Shown piece by piece: positions 30,433 through 40,313 of a stretch of DNA of 64,000 nt; positions within the stretch are counted from its first letter, which is position 1; each line of letters starts with the position of its first letter. Origin of the DNA: a candidate division WOR-3 bacterium (lineage in GTDB: Bacteria > Hydrothermota > Tepidihabitantia > Tepidihabitantales > Tepidihabitantaceae); assembly GCA_965649295.1 (NCBI GenBank), contig CBFGKH010000005.1, forward strand, positions 1-64,000, written 5' to 3'. A program made the position numbers and the translations under genes. The notes below the pieces were generated by a model. The model was given only the letters and a program-made list of their open reading frames with translations. It did not search any database and had not been told where the DNA came from.

Positions 30433-31181
30433 TTGAGCAAGCTGGCCTCGCTGCTCATTGTCCGGTTGACCCTGCCAAGGTTGACCTGCAGGCGATGATG
30501 ATGTTCAGCTACGGTCTCTATGTTGTTACTGGCCAGGCCGGCGGAAAACAGAGCGGAGCGATCGTTAACACTGCTCTCCAGGTTGCGCTTGAGCCTTGTC
30601 AGGTGTCGGTCAGCCTGAACAAGAAGAGCTTGACTCATGACCTGATTCGTGACGGTGGAGCTTTTGCTCTTACCATCCTCGAGCAGGATACGCCGCTGAC
30701 GTTCATTGGTAATTTTGGGTTCCGCACCGGTCGGGAGCACGACAAGTTCGCCAAGGTCAACTACACTACCGGCGAGACCGGTTGCCCGGTGGTAATGGAC
30801 CACGCGCTGGCTGTTGTTGAGGCGCGAGTGCGAATCGCCGTTGATTGTGGTTCGCACACGACGTTCGTCGGCGATGTGGTGGCCAGCAGGGTGGTGAAGT
30901 CAGGGCAGCCACTGACTTATGCATACTATCATCAGATCAAGGGCGGTAAGACCGGTAAGGGTGCGCCGACCTATGGACTAGACAGGTTCAGTAGCGATAA
31001 GGAACAAAGGAGTAAAGAGATGAAGAAGTATGTCTGTGCGGTCTGCGGCTACGTTTACGACCCGGCAGTCGGCGACCCAGATTCGGGTATTCCGGCCGGG
31101 ACGCCGTTCGAGAAGCTGCCGGACGACTGGGTCTGTCCGGTCTGCGGCGCGTCCAAAGACCAGTTCGAACCGGAGAGCTAG
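30429..31181 (+). CDS. Flavin reductase-rubredoxin fusion (high-molecular-weight rubredoxin)
   Basis: [15 protein letters not shown]…DKF and GSHTTF flavin reductase domain; C-terminal [10 protein letters not shown]…WVCPVCG rubredoxin. Confidence 0.88.
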   Translation: MIEQAGLAAHCPVDPAKVDLQAMMMFSYGLYVVTGQAGGKQSGAIVNTALQVALEPCQVSVSLNKKSLTHDLIRDGGAFALTILEQDTPLTFIGNFGFRTGREHDKFAKVNYTTGETGCPVVMDHALAVVEARVRIAVDCGSHTTFVGDVVASRVVKSGQPLTYAYYHQIKGGKTGKGAPTYGLDRFSSDKEQRSKEMKKYVCAVCGYVYDPAVGDPDSGIPAGTPFEKLPDDWVCPVCGASKDQFEPES

Positions 31182-31184
31182 CGA

Positions 31185-32432
31185 CTACTGCGCCTGGCGC
31201 GAGGGCAGCCGTCTGAGTATATACTCAGGCGGCTGTCGGTCTCTAATCGTCGCCGGCGTGATGATGCACTCGCTGACATCAGGCCGCGATGGTAGCTCGA
31301 ACATGATGTTGAGCATCGTTTCTTCCAGCACTGAGCGCAGGGCCCGGGCGCCAATCCTTCGCTGGGCAGCAAGTTCGGCGACAGTCTGCAACGCCTCAGG
31401 CGTGAACGTAAGCTTCACGCCTTCGAGCTCGAAGTAGTAGGCAAACTGACGAATCAGTGCGTTGCGGGGTTTGGTCAGGATGTCCACCAGCGCTTCACGC
31501 GACAAGCTGTGGAGGCTGGCGATAACCGGCAGCCGGCCGACAAGCTCGGGTATCAGACCATACTTCACTAGGTCGTCCGGCTCGACCATTGGCAACAAGT
31601 CGTCGGAAGTGCGACGACGGCGGTCAGCGAGGTCGGCGCCGAAACCGAGTGCGCTGGATCGCACCCGCCGTTCGATGATTCGTTCGAGACCGTCGAATGT
31701 CCCACCGCAGATGAAAAGGATGTGCCGGGTATTGATCGGGATGTAGTGCTGTTCTGGATGCTTGCGACCACCCTGCGGCGGTACATTGGCAATCGTGCCC
31801 TCGAGAATCTTGAGCAATGCCTGCTGGACACCTTCGCCAGAAACATCGCGGGTAATGGAGGCTGAGTCGGCCTTACGGCTCAGCTTGTCGATCTCGTCAA
31901 TATAGACGATACCGGTCTCGGCCCGGCGGACGTCGCCATCTGCTGCTTGGATTAGTCGCAGCAGGATGTTCTCGACGTCCTCACCGACATAACCGGCTTC
32001 GGTTAGCGGCGTCGCATCGGAAATTGAGAACGGAACCTGAAGCAGTTTAGCCAGTGTCTCAGCAATCAGGGTCTTGCCTGTGCCGGTCGGGCCGATGAGC
32101 AAGATGTTGCTTTTGTCAACTTCGACGCCGCCGGCACGGGCAACAAGCCGTTTGTAGTGATTATAGACGGCAACCGCGATTACTCGTTTGGCGTGGTCTT
32201 GCCCGATGACATATTCATCGAGGAAGCTCTTGATGTCGGCCGGCCGCGGTATCTTTCGCGGCGGTTCAGGTGCGGCTGTCTGTCGTCCTTCGCAAAAGAC
32301 GCTGACTGCGGTCTGGGCGCAACGTTCGCAGATGCGGCCGGTGCGGCCCTGGACAAGACGACGACCAGGCCCGGCTTCCAGTCCGCAGAAGGAGCATCGA
32401 CTAGGGCGCGGTCGCTTTGGGGTTTCTCTCAC
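31185..32432 (-). CDS. clpX: ATP-dependent Clp protease ATPase ClpX
   Basis: CSFC zinc finger, [30 protein letters not shown]. Confidence 0.96.
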   Translation of the reverse strand: MRETPKRPRPSRCSFCGLEAGPGRRLVQGRTGRICERCAQTAVSVFCEGRQTAAPEPPRKIPRPADIKSFLDEYVIGQDHAKRVIAVAVYNHYKRLVARAGGVEVDKSNILLIGPTGTGKTLIAETLAKLLQVPFSISDATPLTEAGYVGEDVENILLRLIQAADGDVRRAETGIVYIDEIDKLSRKADSASITRDVSGEGVQQALLKILEGTIANVPPQGGRKHPEQHYIPINTRHILFICGGTFDGLERIIERRVRSSALGFGADLADRRRRTSDDLLPMVEPDDLVKYGLIPELVGRLPVIASLHSLSREALVDILTKPRNALIRQFAYYFELEGVKLTFTPEALQTVAELAAQRRIGARALRSVLEETMLNIMFELPSRPDVSECIITPATIRDRQPPEYILRRLPSRQAQ

Positions 32433-33013
32433 CGTCGCTTCTCGATGACTTCGTCAATCAGTCCGTATTCCTTTGCCTCCTGAGCCGACATGAAGAAGTT
32501 GCGGTCCGAATCGGCGACAATCCGTTCGAGCGGCTGACCGGTATGTCGGGCAAGGATTTTCGACAGCTCATCTTTCAATTTGACTATCTCGCGGGCGTGG
32601 ATGGCAATGTCAGTAGCCTGACCACCAATACCGTGGGCGGAAGGCTGGTGAATCATGATGCGGGCGTTGGGAAGCGCAAAACGCTTGCCGGGCTCACCGG
32701 CTGCCAGCAACAGGGCGGCGATTGAGGCTGCTTCGCCGATGCAGGTTGTCGAGACCTTGCACTTGATGTAGCGCATCGTGTCGTAGATTGCGAGACCCGA
32801 CGAGACGATGCCTCCGGGTGAGTTGATGTAGAGGTTGATGTCCTTTTCAGCGTCCTCGGCCTCCAGAAACAGCAGTTGGGCAACAACTAGATTGGCAACT
32901 GTGTCGTCAACCGGTGAGCCGAGAAAGATGATACGTTCCTTGAGCAGACGGGAGTAGATGTCATAGGCGCGTTCACCGCGGCCCGTTTGTTCTATTACCA
33001 TTGGAATCAGCAC
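32429..33013 (-). CDS. clpP: ClpP protease
   Basis: [30 protein letters not shown] start after GGAGG. Confidence 0.96.
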   Translation of the reverse strand: MLIPMVIEQTGRGERAYDIYSRLLKERIIFLGSPVDDTVANLVVAQLLFLEAEDAEKDINLYINSPGGIVSSGLAIYDTMRYIKCKVSTTCIGEAASIAALLLAAGEPGKRFALPNARIMIHQPSAHGIGGQATDIAIHAREIVKLKDELSKILARHTGQPLERIVADSDRNFFMSAQEAKEYGLIDEVIEKRR

Positions 33014-33044
33014 TGGTACCTCCGTAGCTTCTTGGCCGATAGCT

Positions 33045-34259
33045 CTATTCAATTCTTGCTCTGTCGCGGATGAACCGCAAGACTTTCTCACGCAGGAGTT
33101 GGTTACGATAGACCGGGTTGTCAATCAATCGGGCAATCTCTTCGACTGTGGTCTTACTCTGTTCGGCGAGAGCTTGAATCGCCGAGTTAATCTCTTCATC
33201 GCTGATAGAGATGTTTTCTTTGTCAGCGATTCTGGCAACCACACAGTCGAACTTTGCCCACTTGGTAGCAACCGGCAGCAAGCGTTGTCTGGTCTCGGAG
33301 TCGTCGGGGAGGTCGTACTGACGGGTGAGCCGCTCGAGCGCTGCCTTCACCCACGTCTCGGGCGGCTCAAACTGGTGCTCGCTTGTCAAGTATTCGAATA
33401 TCTGGTTCTTAAGACCGTTTTCACTCAACCGCTCGCGATCGGCCAGTATCTCTTCATTGATATCGATGCGCAAGGCATCCAGGCTCTCAAAGCCGAGGTC
33501 GTGAGCGAGCTCCTCCGAGACATCTGGTAGATGCCGTTCTTTGACATCCCGCACCCGAAAACGGTAGGTCACAGTCTTGCCGGCAAGGTTCTTGTCAGAA
33601 TAGTCCGAGGGATAACTGACGTCAGCCGAACGTTCGTCGCCGGCCTTTGCACCGGTGAGTGCACGGTTGACTTCGTCGGCAGCAAGCTTGTCGCCGACTT
33701 CAAGCATGACGTTCTTGCGTTCCTCGCCGACGACGCTGTCACCGATTGTCGTCAGGTAGTCAACGACAACGAAGTCGCCGACCTGAGCAGCACGCTGGAC
33801 AGTGTGGAATGTGGCGCATTTCTCTCGCAAGGTTTGAAGGCGTCTTTCGAACTCAGCATCAAAGCCGGCTGGCTCTTCGCGGCGCAGTGCGATGCCAACG
33901 TATGGCCGAAGTTCGAAATCGGGAATGACCTCAAGCGAGATGCGGAATCGAATCGCCTTGTCCTGAGTCACCTCGAGACTCGTGATTCGTGGTGGAGCGG
34001 CAATGTGGAACTCGGATTCTGAGACAAGTTCGTGCACGGCTGCCTCGACAAGTTCTTCCACTGCCGACGATTCCATTTCTGGCCCTAGGCGTTTCTCTAG
34101 TACGTGCCGCGGCACCTTACCTGGTCGGAATCCGGGCAGAGAGATACGGTCTTTGTACTGGTCGAAGACATTATTGACCTTCGCTTTCAATTGGTCTGGT
34201 TCGATTTCGACTTCGATTTCGCGCAGCCATTCGCTGGGTGCGGTGATTGTCTTCTGCAA
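33045..34259 (-). CDS. tig: Trigger factor
   Basis: [10 protein letters not shown] motif; tig-clpP-clpX synteny. Confidence 0.92.
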   Translation of the reverse strand: MQKTITAPSEWLREIEVEIEPDQLKAKVNNVFDQYKDRISLPGFRPGKVPRHVLEKRLGPEMESSAVEELVEAAVHELVSESEFHIAAPPRITSLEVTQDKAIRFRISLEVIPDFELRPYVGIALRREEPAGFDAEFERRLQTLREKCATFHTVQRAAQVGDFVVVDYLTTIGDSVVGEERKNVMLEVGDKLAADEVNRALTGAKAGDERSADVSYPSDYSDKNLAGKTVTYRFRVRDVKERHLPDVSEELAHDLGFESLDALRIDINEEILADRERLSENGLKNQIFEYLTSEHQFEPPETWVKAALERLTRQYDLPDDSETRQRLLPVATKWAKFDCVVARIADKENISISDEEINSAIQALAEQSKTTVEEIARLIDNPVYRNQLLREKVLRFIRDRARIE

Positions 34260-34310
34260 GAAGTATTCCTCCGAATTCGCTTACTGCTGGGGTCAGCGAC
34301 TTTCTATCAG

Positions 34311-34392
34311 TGCGAGGAGGGGGAGTTGAACCCCCACCCGGTTAAGGACTGGATCCTAAGTCCAGCGCGTCTGCCAGTTCCGCCACCCTCGC
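34311..34392 (-). tRNA. tRNA-Leu(TAG)
   Basis: CTGGA-CTTAGGA-TCCAG anticodon arm, GCGAGGG acceptor stem, GTTCAAC T-loop; upstream of tig. Confidence 0.94.
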
Positions 34393-34577
34393 ATCTCTTT
34401 GGTCCCTGACCGGCGCTAGTGAACCGCTAGTAACGTTACAAGTCACCCGATCAGGGCAGCTAGTAGACGGCTGAGTATATCGTTCCTGTAGCGAGAGTCA
34501 ACTTGATGGCTAGCCAGGATTGGTATCGAGGCTGCCCTTGCGGACAAAAAGGTGATGTTGATTTGCCGAGGTTGTCA

Positions 34578-35021
34578 TCACGGCTCTCCATTACTGGATT
34601 CAGCCGGTGCGGGTTGGGGAGTGACTGTCACTAAGTCACGTAGTGCCGCGTAGCGTTTCGGCCCAATGCCGCTCACCTGCTGCAGTTGTGCAATGGCGGT
34701 GAAGCCACCAAGCTGGTCTCTTAGTATGAGGATTCGTCTTGCCAGTGTTGGGCCAATGCCGGGTAAGGCCTCAAGTTGGGCAACGGTGGCGGTGTTGAGG
34801 TTGAGTGGCGCGGCAGTGGGAACTGCTACTGCCGGCTTATCGGCACGAGCAACTACAATTTGACAGGCTGATGAGAGACGAACCAAGCGCCAGCGTTGCA
34901 GGTAGGCAAGACCGGCCCCTACAACCAGGGCGGCGATGATGAAACCGGCAGCTACCTGTTCGCGACGGTTGAGAATGTTGGGCCACTCACGGATTCCTGC
35001 TAACTTGATTCGGACTGCCAC
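34578..35021 (-). CDS. comEA: ComEA family helix-hairpin-helix DNA-binding protein
   Basis: N-terminal TM segment, LNLNTAT…LPGIGPTLA…VSGIGPK. Confidence 0.85.
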   Translation of the reverse strand: MAVRIKLAGIREWPNILNRREQVAAGFIIAALVVGAGLAYLQRWRLVRLSSACQIVVARADKPAVAVPTAAPLNLNTATVAQLEALPGIGPTLARRILILRDQLGGFTAIAQLQQVSGIGPKRYAALRDLVTVTPQPAPAESSNGEP

Positions 35022-35084
35022 GCTTCGATGCTATTTGTCCTGCGCAGAGTGTCAAGGTCAGCGAGTTCTTTGGAGCCATAGAGA

Positions 35085-35114
35085 CTGCGAGAGGCGCGTA
35101 GGCGCCTCTCGCAG
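35085..35114 (-). terminator. Hairpin terminator after the acyl-CoA dehydrogenase operon
   Basis: CTGCGAGAGGCGC-GTAG-GCGCCTCTCGCAG, 13-bp stem. Confidence 0.65.
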
Positions 35115-35131
35115 ACTAGTTCAGGAACTGG

Positions 35132-36274
35132 CTAGCCAAGCAAAGTGCGAGCGATGACGATCTTCTGGACTTCGGAAGTTCCTTCGTAGATTTCCATGCA
35201 CTTGGCGTCACGATAGTATCGTTCGACTGGGTAGTCCTTAGTATATCCGTAGCCACCGTAGATTTGTACTGCCTCGCGGGTGACGAAGACCGCCGTCTCA
35301 GCAGCGAATAGTTTAGCCATAGCTGATTCCTGGTTGAACCTCGGCTTGCCCGAGTCCTTCTGGTGAGCAGCATAATACACGAGCATGCGGGCAGCAGTAA
35401 TGCGCATGGCCATCTCGGCAAGCTTAGCTTGAATCATCTCGAACTCACAGATCGGTCTGCCAAATTGCTTTCGCTCTTTGGCGTAGGCGATGGCCTTGTC
35501 AAGAGCGGATTGAGCGATACCGACTGCCTGGGCACCGATGTCAATGCGGGAGACATCGAGGGTGCCGAAAGCAACCTTGATGCCCTCGCCAACTCGGCCC
35601 AGTACGTTCTCAGTTGGCACCTCGCAGTCATCGAACATGAGTTCGCAGTTGGCGGTGCCGCGGAGCCCAAGCAGGTTCTCGTGTTTGCCGAGGGAGAAAC
35701 CCTTGAACCCGCGCTCAACGATAAAGGCGGTGATGCCCTTGCTGCCGGCTGTTGGATCGGTCTTGGCAAAAACAATATAGACACCGGCAACACCACCGTT
35801 AGTGATGAAACGTTTGCAGCCGTTCAGCACATAGTGGTTGCCTTTCAGTACAGCAGTTGTCTCCATCGCTACTGGGTCAGAACCGGCATTGGGCTCGGTC
35901 AATCCAAACGCGCCGAGCAGTTCGCCGGTGGCCATCTTCGGCAGATACTTCTGCTTCTGTGCGTCGGTGCCCCAGTTCACGATTGGCCAGCACGCCAGTG
36001 AATTGTGAACAGCCGTGATGACACCGGTCGATCCGCAACCCCGCGATATCTCCTCGATAGCAATAGCCAGCGAAAGAAAGTCGAAACCAGCACCGCCGTA
36101 TTGCTCAGGAATGGTCATTGAGAGGAGACCGAGTTCGGCCATCTTCTTGATGGCTTCGTGGGGGAACTCACCTTTTTCATCAACCTCGGCTGCCTTCGGC
36201 TCAAGTTCCTTCTGGGCGAACTCGCGGGCCATGTTGCGGACCATCAACTGATCATTTGACAGACTCAAGTCCAT
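35132..36274 (-). CDS. Acyl-CoA dehydrogenase (butyryl-CoA dehydrogenase-like)
   Basis: FGLTEPNAGSD, RKQFG, QIYGGYGY, IYEGTSEVQ. Confidence 0.93.
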   Translation of the reverse strand: MDLSLSNDQLMVRNMAREFAQKELEPKAAEVDEKGEFPHEAIKKMAELGLLSMTIPEQYGGAGFDFLSLAIAIEEISRGCGSTGVITAVHNSLACWPIVNWGTDAQKQKYLPKMATGELLGAFGLTEPNAGSDPVAMETTAVLKGNHYVLNGCKRFITNGGVAGVYIVFAKTDPTAGSKGITAFIVERGFKGFSLGKHENLLGLRGTANCELMFDDCEVPTENVLGRVGEGIKVAFGTLDVSRIDIGAQAVGIAQSALDKAIAYAKERKQFGRPICEFEMIQAKLAEMAMRITAARMLVYYAAHQKDSGKPRFNQESAMAKLFAAETAVFVTREAVQIYGGYGYTKDYPVERYYRDAKCMEIYEGTSEVQKIVIARTLLG

Positions 36275-36307
36275 CTATCGCTCCTTTGGTGGTAAATGGT
36301 CATTGGT

Positions 36308-37444
36308 CTAGGGCTGCGTCTGGGCCAACGCATCCTTGATGACTTCTTTGGCAATGATCATACGCATTACTTCTGATGTGCCTTCGCCAATTTCACCGAG
36401 TTTGGCATCACGATAGACACGGGCGACCGGCAGACGGTCGGTGATGGCGAGCGGACCGATGGTATCGATAGCTGTCCCGGCTGCCCACACGGCAACCTCA
36501 GAGGCAAAGAGTTTGGCGAAGGCACATTCTTTGTCGCAACGGATGTTCGCGTCCTTCATGACTGCCGCATGATAGACGAGCTGGCGGGCAGCCTCGACCT
36601 GAGTGGCGACATCGGAGATTGCCTTAGACTGGAGCTGAGTTAGCTCACGCCGTTTGAACCAGTCAACCAGCGTGTCAAGGGCAGTCTGAGCCATCCCAAC
36701 GCAGAAGGCACCTATCGAGATTCGACCACCGTCGAGCGTTTCCATGAAAATGCGATAGCCATCGAGTTCTCGGCCGAGCACCGCATCCAGCGGCACAAGC
36801 ATGTCGTTGAAAGCGAGTTCGACCGTGTTCGAACCCTTCAGACCTAGTTTCTTCTCGTGCGAGGCGACGATGAATCCGGGGGTTTTGGTTTCGACAATCA
36901 GGCAGGTTATGCCCTTGCGGCCGAGTTTGCGGTCTTGGGATGCGGCAACAATAACAGTCCCGGCGTAGGCAGCCGATGTGATGAAGCGCTTGGATCCGTT
37001 GACGACGAAGCCTTGTTCGGTCTTGGTTGCAGTCGTCTCGATGCCGGCAGCGTCGGAACCAGCATTGGGTTCGGTCAGTCCGAAAGCTCCGAGGTACTCG
37101 CCGCGGGCAAGCGGCGGGATGTATTTCGCCTTCTGTCGCTCGGTTCCAAACTTGTAGATTGGGTAGGTTCCCAGCGAGGTGTGGGCCGCCATCGTCAGGC
37201 CGGTCGAAGCGCAAACTCGTGATACTTCCTCGACGCCGATGGCATAGGAGACATAGTCGAGGCCAAGCCCACCGAGTTCGCGAGGCCAGGGTATGCCAAG
37301 ATAACCGGCTTGGGCGAGCGCCTTGACGTTGGCTTCGACAAAAGTGCCTTCGCTGTCACAGCTACTGGCATTAGGGGCGATTACCTTGGCGGCAAAGTCG
37401 CGAATGGCACTCTGAAAGGCCCTTTGCTTTTCCGAGAGCAGCAA
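36308..37444 (-). CDS. Acyl-CoA dehydrogenase, divergent
   Basis: FGLTEPNAGSD, NGSKRFIT, IGEGTSEV. Confidence 0.88.
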   Translation of the reverse strand: MLLSEKQRAFQSAIRDFAAKVIAPNASSCDSEGTFVEANVKALAQAGYLGIPWPRELGGLGLDYVSYAIGVEEVSRVCASTGLTMAAHTSLGTYPIYKFGTERQKAKYIPPLARGEYLGAFGLTEPNAGSDAAGIETTATKTEQGFVVNGSKRFITSAAYAGTVIVAASQDRKLGRKGITCLIVETKTPGFIVASHEKKLGLKGSNTVELAFNDMLVPLDAVLGRELDGYRIFMETLDGGRISIGAFCVGMAQTALDTLVDWFKRRELTQLQSKAISDVATQVEAARQLVYHAAVMKDANIRCDKECAFAKLFASEVAVWAAGTAIDTIGPLAITDRLPVARVYRDAKLGEIGEGTSEVMRMIIAKEVIKDALAQTQP

Positions 37445-37453
37445 CGCGACCTC

Positions 37454-38218
37454 CTAGATGTAGTAACGGTCACGGTCAACTTCGTCGCGGAGCAGCCGGA
37501 GCTGTTCGTCGCTCGGTTCTGGGTTAACCACGACCTTGTCGGCGATCAGTAGCTCAAAACCAGTATTCTTGACAACATCCTCGACGGAAACACCGGGGTG
37601 AACACCGATTAGGCGCATTCGTTTCGTCACCGGCTCAAAGTCCATCAATCCGAGATTGGTGACGACACGATACGGGCCGGTGTCGGGAGGTAGTCCGGCA
37701 GCCTCGCGGCTACCCGGGCCGGTCAGGTAGCCTGGAGTCGTAACAAAATCCACCTTGGGCACAAATGAGCGCACATCGTGTTTACGCATTATCACGATGG
37801 TCTTCCAGCAGAACGAGCCGACCTCGTTGGCTCCGCCTGATCCCGGTAGTCGCACCTTTGGTGGCCAGTAGTTACCAATGACAGTTGTGTTGAGATTGCC
37901 GTACGTGTCAATTTGAGCACCGCCTAAAAATCCATATTCGACAAAGCCGCGTGCGGCAGTCTCCATGATATCGGCGATGCCGGATGCGGCGACTGCTTTG
38001 TGGAAGGTTCGAGAGTCCGCAACGGCCAAAGGTAGTTTCTCCAGCGACGCGCCGGTGCCGCCGAACTCGAAGATAGGAACGAGGTTAGGTGCATGCGTAC
38101 GCTTTGCCAGCGCCGCGGCGAGCATCGGGATGCCAGTGCCAACAAAGGCGGTTGTCCCGTCTTCCATCAGGCTTGACGCAAGGCAGATGAGAAACTCTGT
38201 CTCGTTGTAGCGTGCCAT
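37454..38218 (-). CDS. gctB: Family I CoA-transferase beta subunit (glutaconate CoA-transferase-like)
   Basis: FVGTGIP, FEFG (catalytic Glu), GGAQID, RLPGSGGA, VDFVTTPG. Confidence 0.8.
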   Translation of the reverse strand: MARYNETEFLICLASSLMEDGTTAFVGTGIPMLAAALAKRTHAPNLVPIFEFGGTGASLEKLPLAVADSRTFHKAVAASGIADIMETAARGFVEYGFLGGAQIDTYGNLNTTVIGNYWPPKVRLPGSGGANEVGSFCWKTIVIMRKHDVRSFVPKVDFVTTPGYLTGPGSREAAGLPPDTGPYRVVTNLGLMDFEPVTKRMRLIGVHPGVSVEDVVKNTGFELLIADKVVVNPEPSDEQLRLLRDEVDRDRYYI

Positions 38219-39193
38219 TTATCTGCCTCCGATTTCCGATTCAAGTTGTCTCAGACGATCGATGCCGACGAGTTTGACGTACTCCTGGTGGTCACGGACA
38301 CCGTAGACCCACTTGTCGAGGTAGGCTCTTGTTTTGACCGGGTCGGCTGAGTCCTTTAGGTAGTTCTGCAGATGCTCGGCGTCACGCCAATAGCGGTAGC
38401 ACATTTCACCGGGGTGAGAGCCGTATTTGGCCTCGACTACAGCATCCACAAGATAGTAGGGGATAATCGTCTGTTCGGGATACTTTCTGATTTCTTCGGT
38501 TGTGACTATTTCCTCTGTGGAGATGACGAGGCGTTTGCAGGCGCGTGCCATCTCAAAGGCGAAACCAGTTATGCCCTCGATGCGCGCATTGCCATATCTG
38601 TCAGCCTGATGGACATGGATGAAACCGACGTCGGGAGAAAGCGCTGGGACCAGGCAGACCGGCTTGCCGGTCCACGGATCTTGAACAACTTTGGCAGCCG
38701 AATGGCGCAGAGTGTCAGTGCCGAGCATTGAGCGGATCGGAATGAAGGGTAGTCCCATTGCTGCCGCTTTGAAACGCCAGGTGATACCACCGTTCGACCA
38801 GTCGCAGGTCTTGACCTTGCCTGATTCGACGGCACGGCGTAGCGTAGCCGAGATACCATAGACCTCCCAGGCAATGTAGGTGATGTCGAGCGACGCGACG
38901 GTACCTTCGGCTGCTAGCAAGATGTCAATGTCGAACACACCCTGGCCGGCGACGCGGAGATTCTTCTTGCCCTGCCGAATCACTTCGCGCATTAGGGACA
39001 TCGGTGCTCGCACCGTCCCATAGAGTTCAGTGGCGAGGTAGTCACCGTCAGCCACAAAGCGGCTGACGGCTTCGTGCTCTGACATTAACTTGTCCACCAT
39101 CTTTGTGTTTTTCTGATGGTGGACGAAGTGGCGGAATCCGTCAGGATCGGGTGCGCTGAACAATTCACCTAGACCGGTGTCAATCACTTCCAT
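38219..39193 (-). CDS. gctA: Family I CoA-transferase alpha subunit (glutaconate CoA-transferase-like)
   Basis: AAAMGLPFIP, LGTD, IHVHQADRYGNA, TEEIV. Confidence 0.8.
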   Translation of the reverse strand: MEVIDTGLGELFSAPDPDGFRHFVHHQKNTKMVDKLMSEHEAVSRFVADGDYLATELYGTVRAPMSLMREVIRQGKKNLRVAGQGVFDIDILLAAEGTVASLDITYIAWEVYGISATLRRAVESGKVKTCDWSNGGITWRFKAAAMGLPFIPIRSMLGTDTLRHSAAKVVQDPWTGKPVCLVPALSPDVGFIHVHQADRYGNARIEGITGFAFEMARACKRLVISTEEIVTTEEIRKYPEQTIIPYYLVDAVVEAKYGSHPGEMCYRYWRDAEHLQNYLKDSADPVKTRAYLDKWVYGVRDHQEYVKLVGIDRLRQLESEIGGR

Positions 39194-39383
39194 ACTAATC
39201 GGCTCCTTGAGTCTATGTTAACACACTCTGCTCTTGCCAGCAGTGTGCAGATCCGTTCTATCGGTCATTCCGTGGTCATGACCAGCTCTAGGATACTAGG
39301 TGATGAGGCACAGAAGTCAACCTGCGCAGGGCAAAACTTAACGTCGGACTATTGGGGCAGGTCGAGAACTGTTGGGTGGCGAG

Positions 39384-39457
39384 TAGCGGGGGCTGGATTC
39401 GAACCAGCGACCTTGAGGTTATGAGCCTCACGAGCTTCCAGGCTGCTCCACCCCGCA
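39384..39457 (-). tRNA. tRNA-Met(CAT), initiator type
   Basis: TGCGGGGTGGAGCAGCCTGG fMet-like body, 1:72 mismatch, TGAGG-CTCATAA-CCTCA anticodon arm. Confidence 0.93.
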
Positions 39458-39578
39458 ATTTGATGAGAAATTTACGCGAGATTCACCCAGAAGTCAAGGC
39501 ATGATTGCCAGATGGTGCCTGCGGCAATAGCGGGCGCGACGGGTTGACCCTTGCCGGTCGGGACATATACTCAGGACA

Positions 39579-40313
39579 ATGAAAGGCGTTGTGCTCTGCG
39601 GTGGCTTGGGGTTACGACTGCATCCGCTGACGAAGATAACCAACAAGCACCTGCTGCCGGTTTATGATCGGCCGATGGTTTACTACCCAATCATGCAATT
39701 GGTGGGTGCCGGTATTACTGATGTCATGATTGTCACCGGCGGCAATAGTGCCGGTGATTTCTTGCGGTTGCTCGAGAACGGCCGGGAGTTCGGCTTATCG
39801 CGGATTCATTACACCTACCAGGAAGGTGCAGGCGGAATTGCAGCGGCGTTGGCTCTGGCTGAAGAGTTCGTTGAGGGCGACCGAGTCGTCGCCATACTAG
39901 GCGACAACATCTACCAGTATCCCTTGGATCGCTATATTCGACGCTTTGAGCAGCAGCCGAGTGGTGCCCGGGTGCTGCTGGCTCGTGCAAGAGAGCCGTG
40001 GCGGTTCGGTGTTGCCACGATTAGGAACGGTCGAATTGTCCGCATCGTTGAGAAGCCGAAACGTCCTCGAAGCAGGCTGGTTGTCACTGGCTGCTATATG
40101 TACGATGCTCGGGTGTTTGACATCATCAGAACGCTGCGGCCGTCGTCCCGCAATGAACTTGAGATAACCGACGTGAACAGCACGTATCTGCGGTGGGGTG
40201 AGCTGCAGTTCGACATTCTTCGCGGTTGGTGGCGGGACGCCGGCTCGTCATTCGAAGCCTACTATGATGCAGCAAGACTGGTTCGCAGCCTGCGAACCAG
40301 CAGAAACAGGTGA
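39579..40313 (+). CDS. Glucose-1-phosphate thymidylyltransferase (short RmlA/SpsI-like)
   Basis: GGLGLRLHPLT…NKHLLPVYDRPM, EKP, RNELEITD. Confidence 0.88.
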   Translation: MKGVVLCGGLGLRLHPLTKITNKHLLPVYDRPMVYYPIMQLVGAGITDVMIVTGGNSAGDFLRLLENGREFGLSRIHYTYQEGAGGIAAALALAEEFVEGDRVVAILGDNIYQYPLDRYIRRFEQQPSGARVLLARAREPWRFGVATIRNGRIVRIVEKPKRPRSRLVVTGCYMYDARVFDIIRTLRPSSRNELEITDVNSTYLRWGELQFDILRGWWRDAGSSFEAYYDAARLVRSLRTSRNR

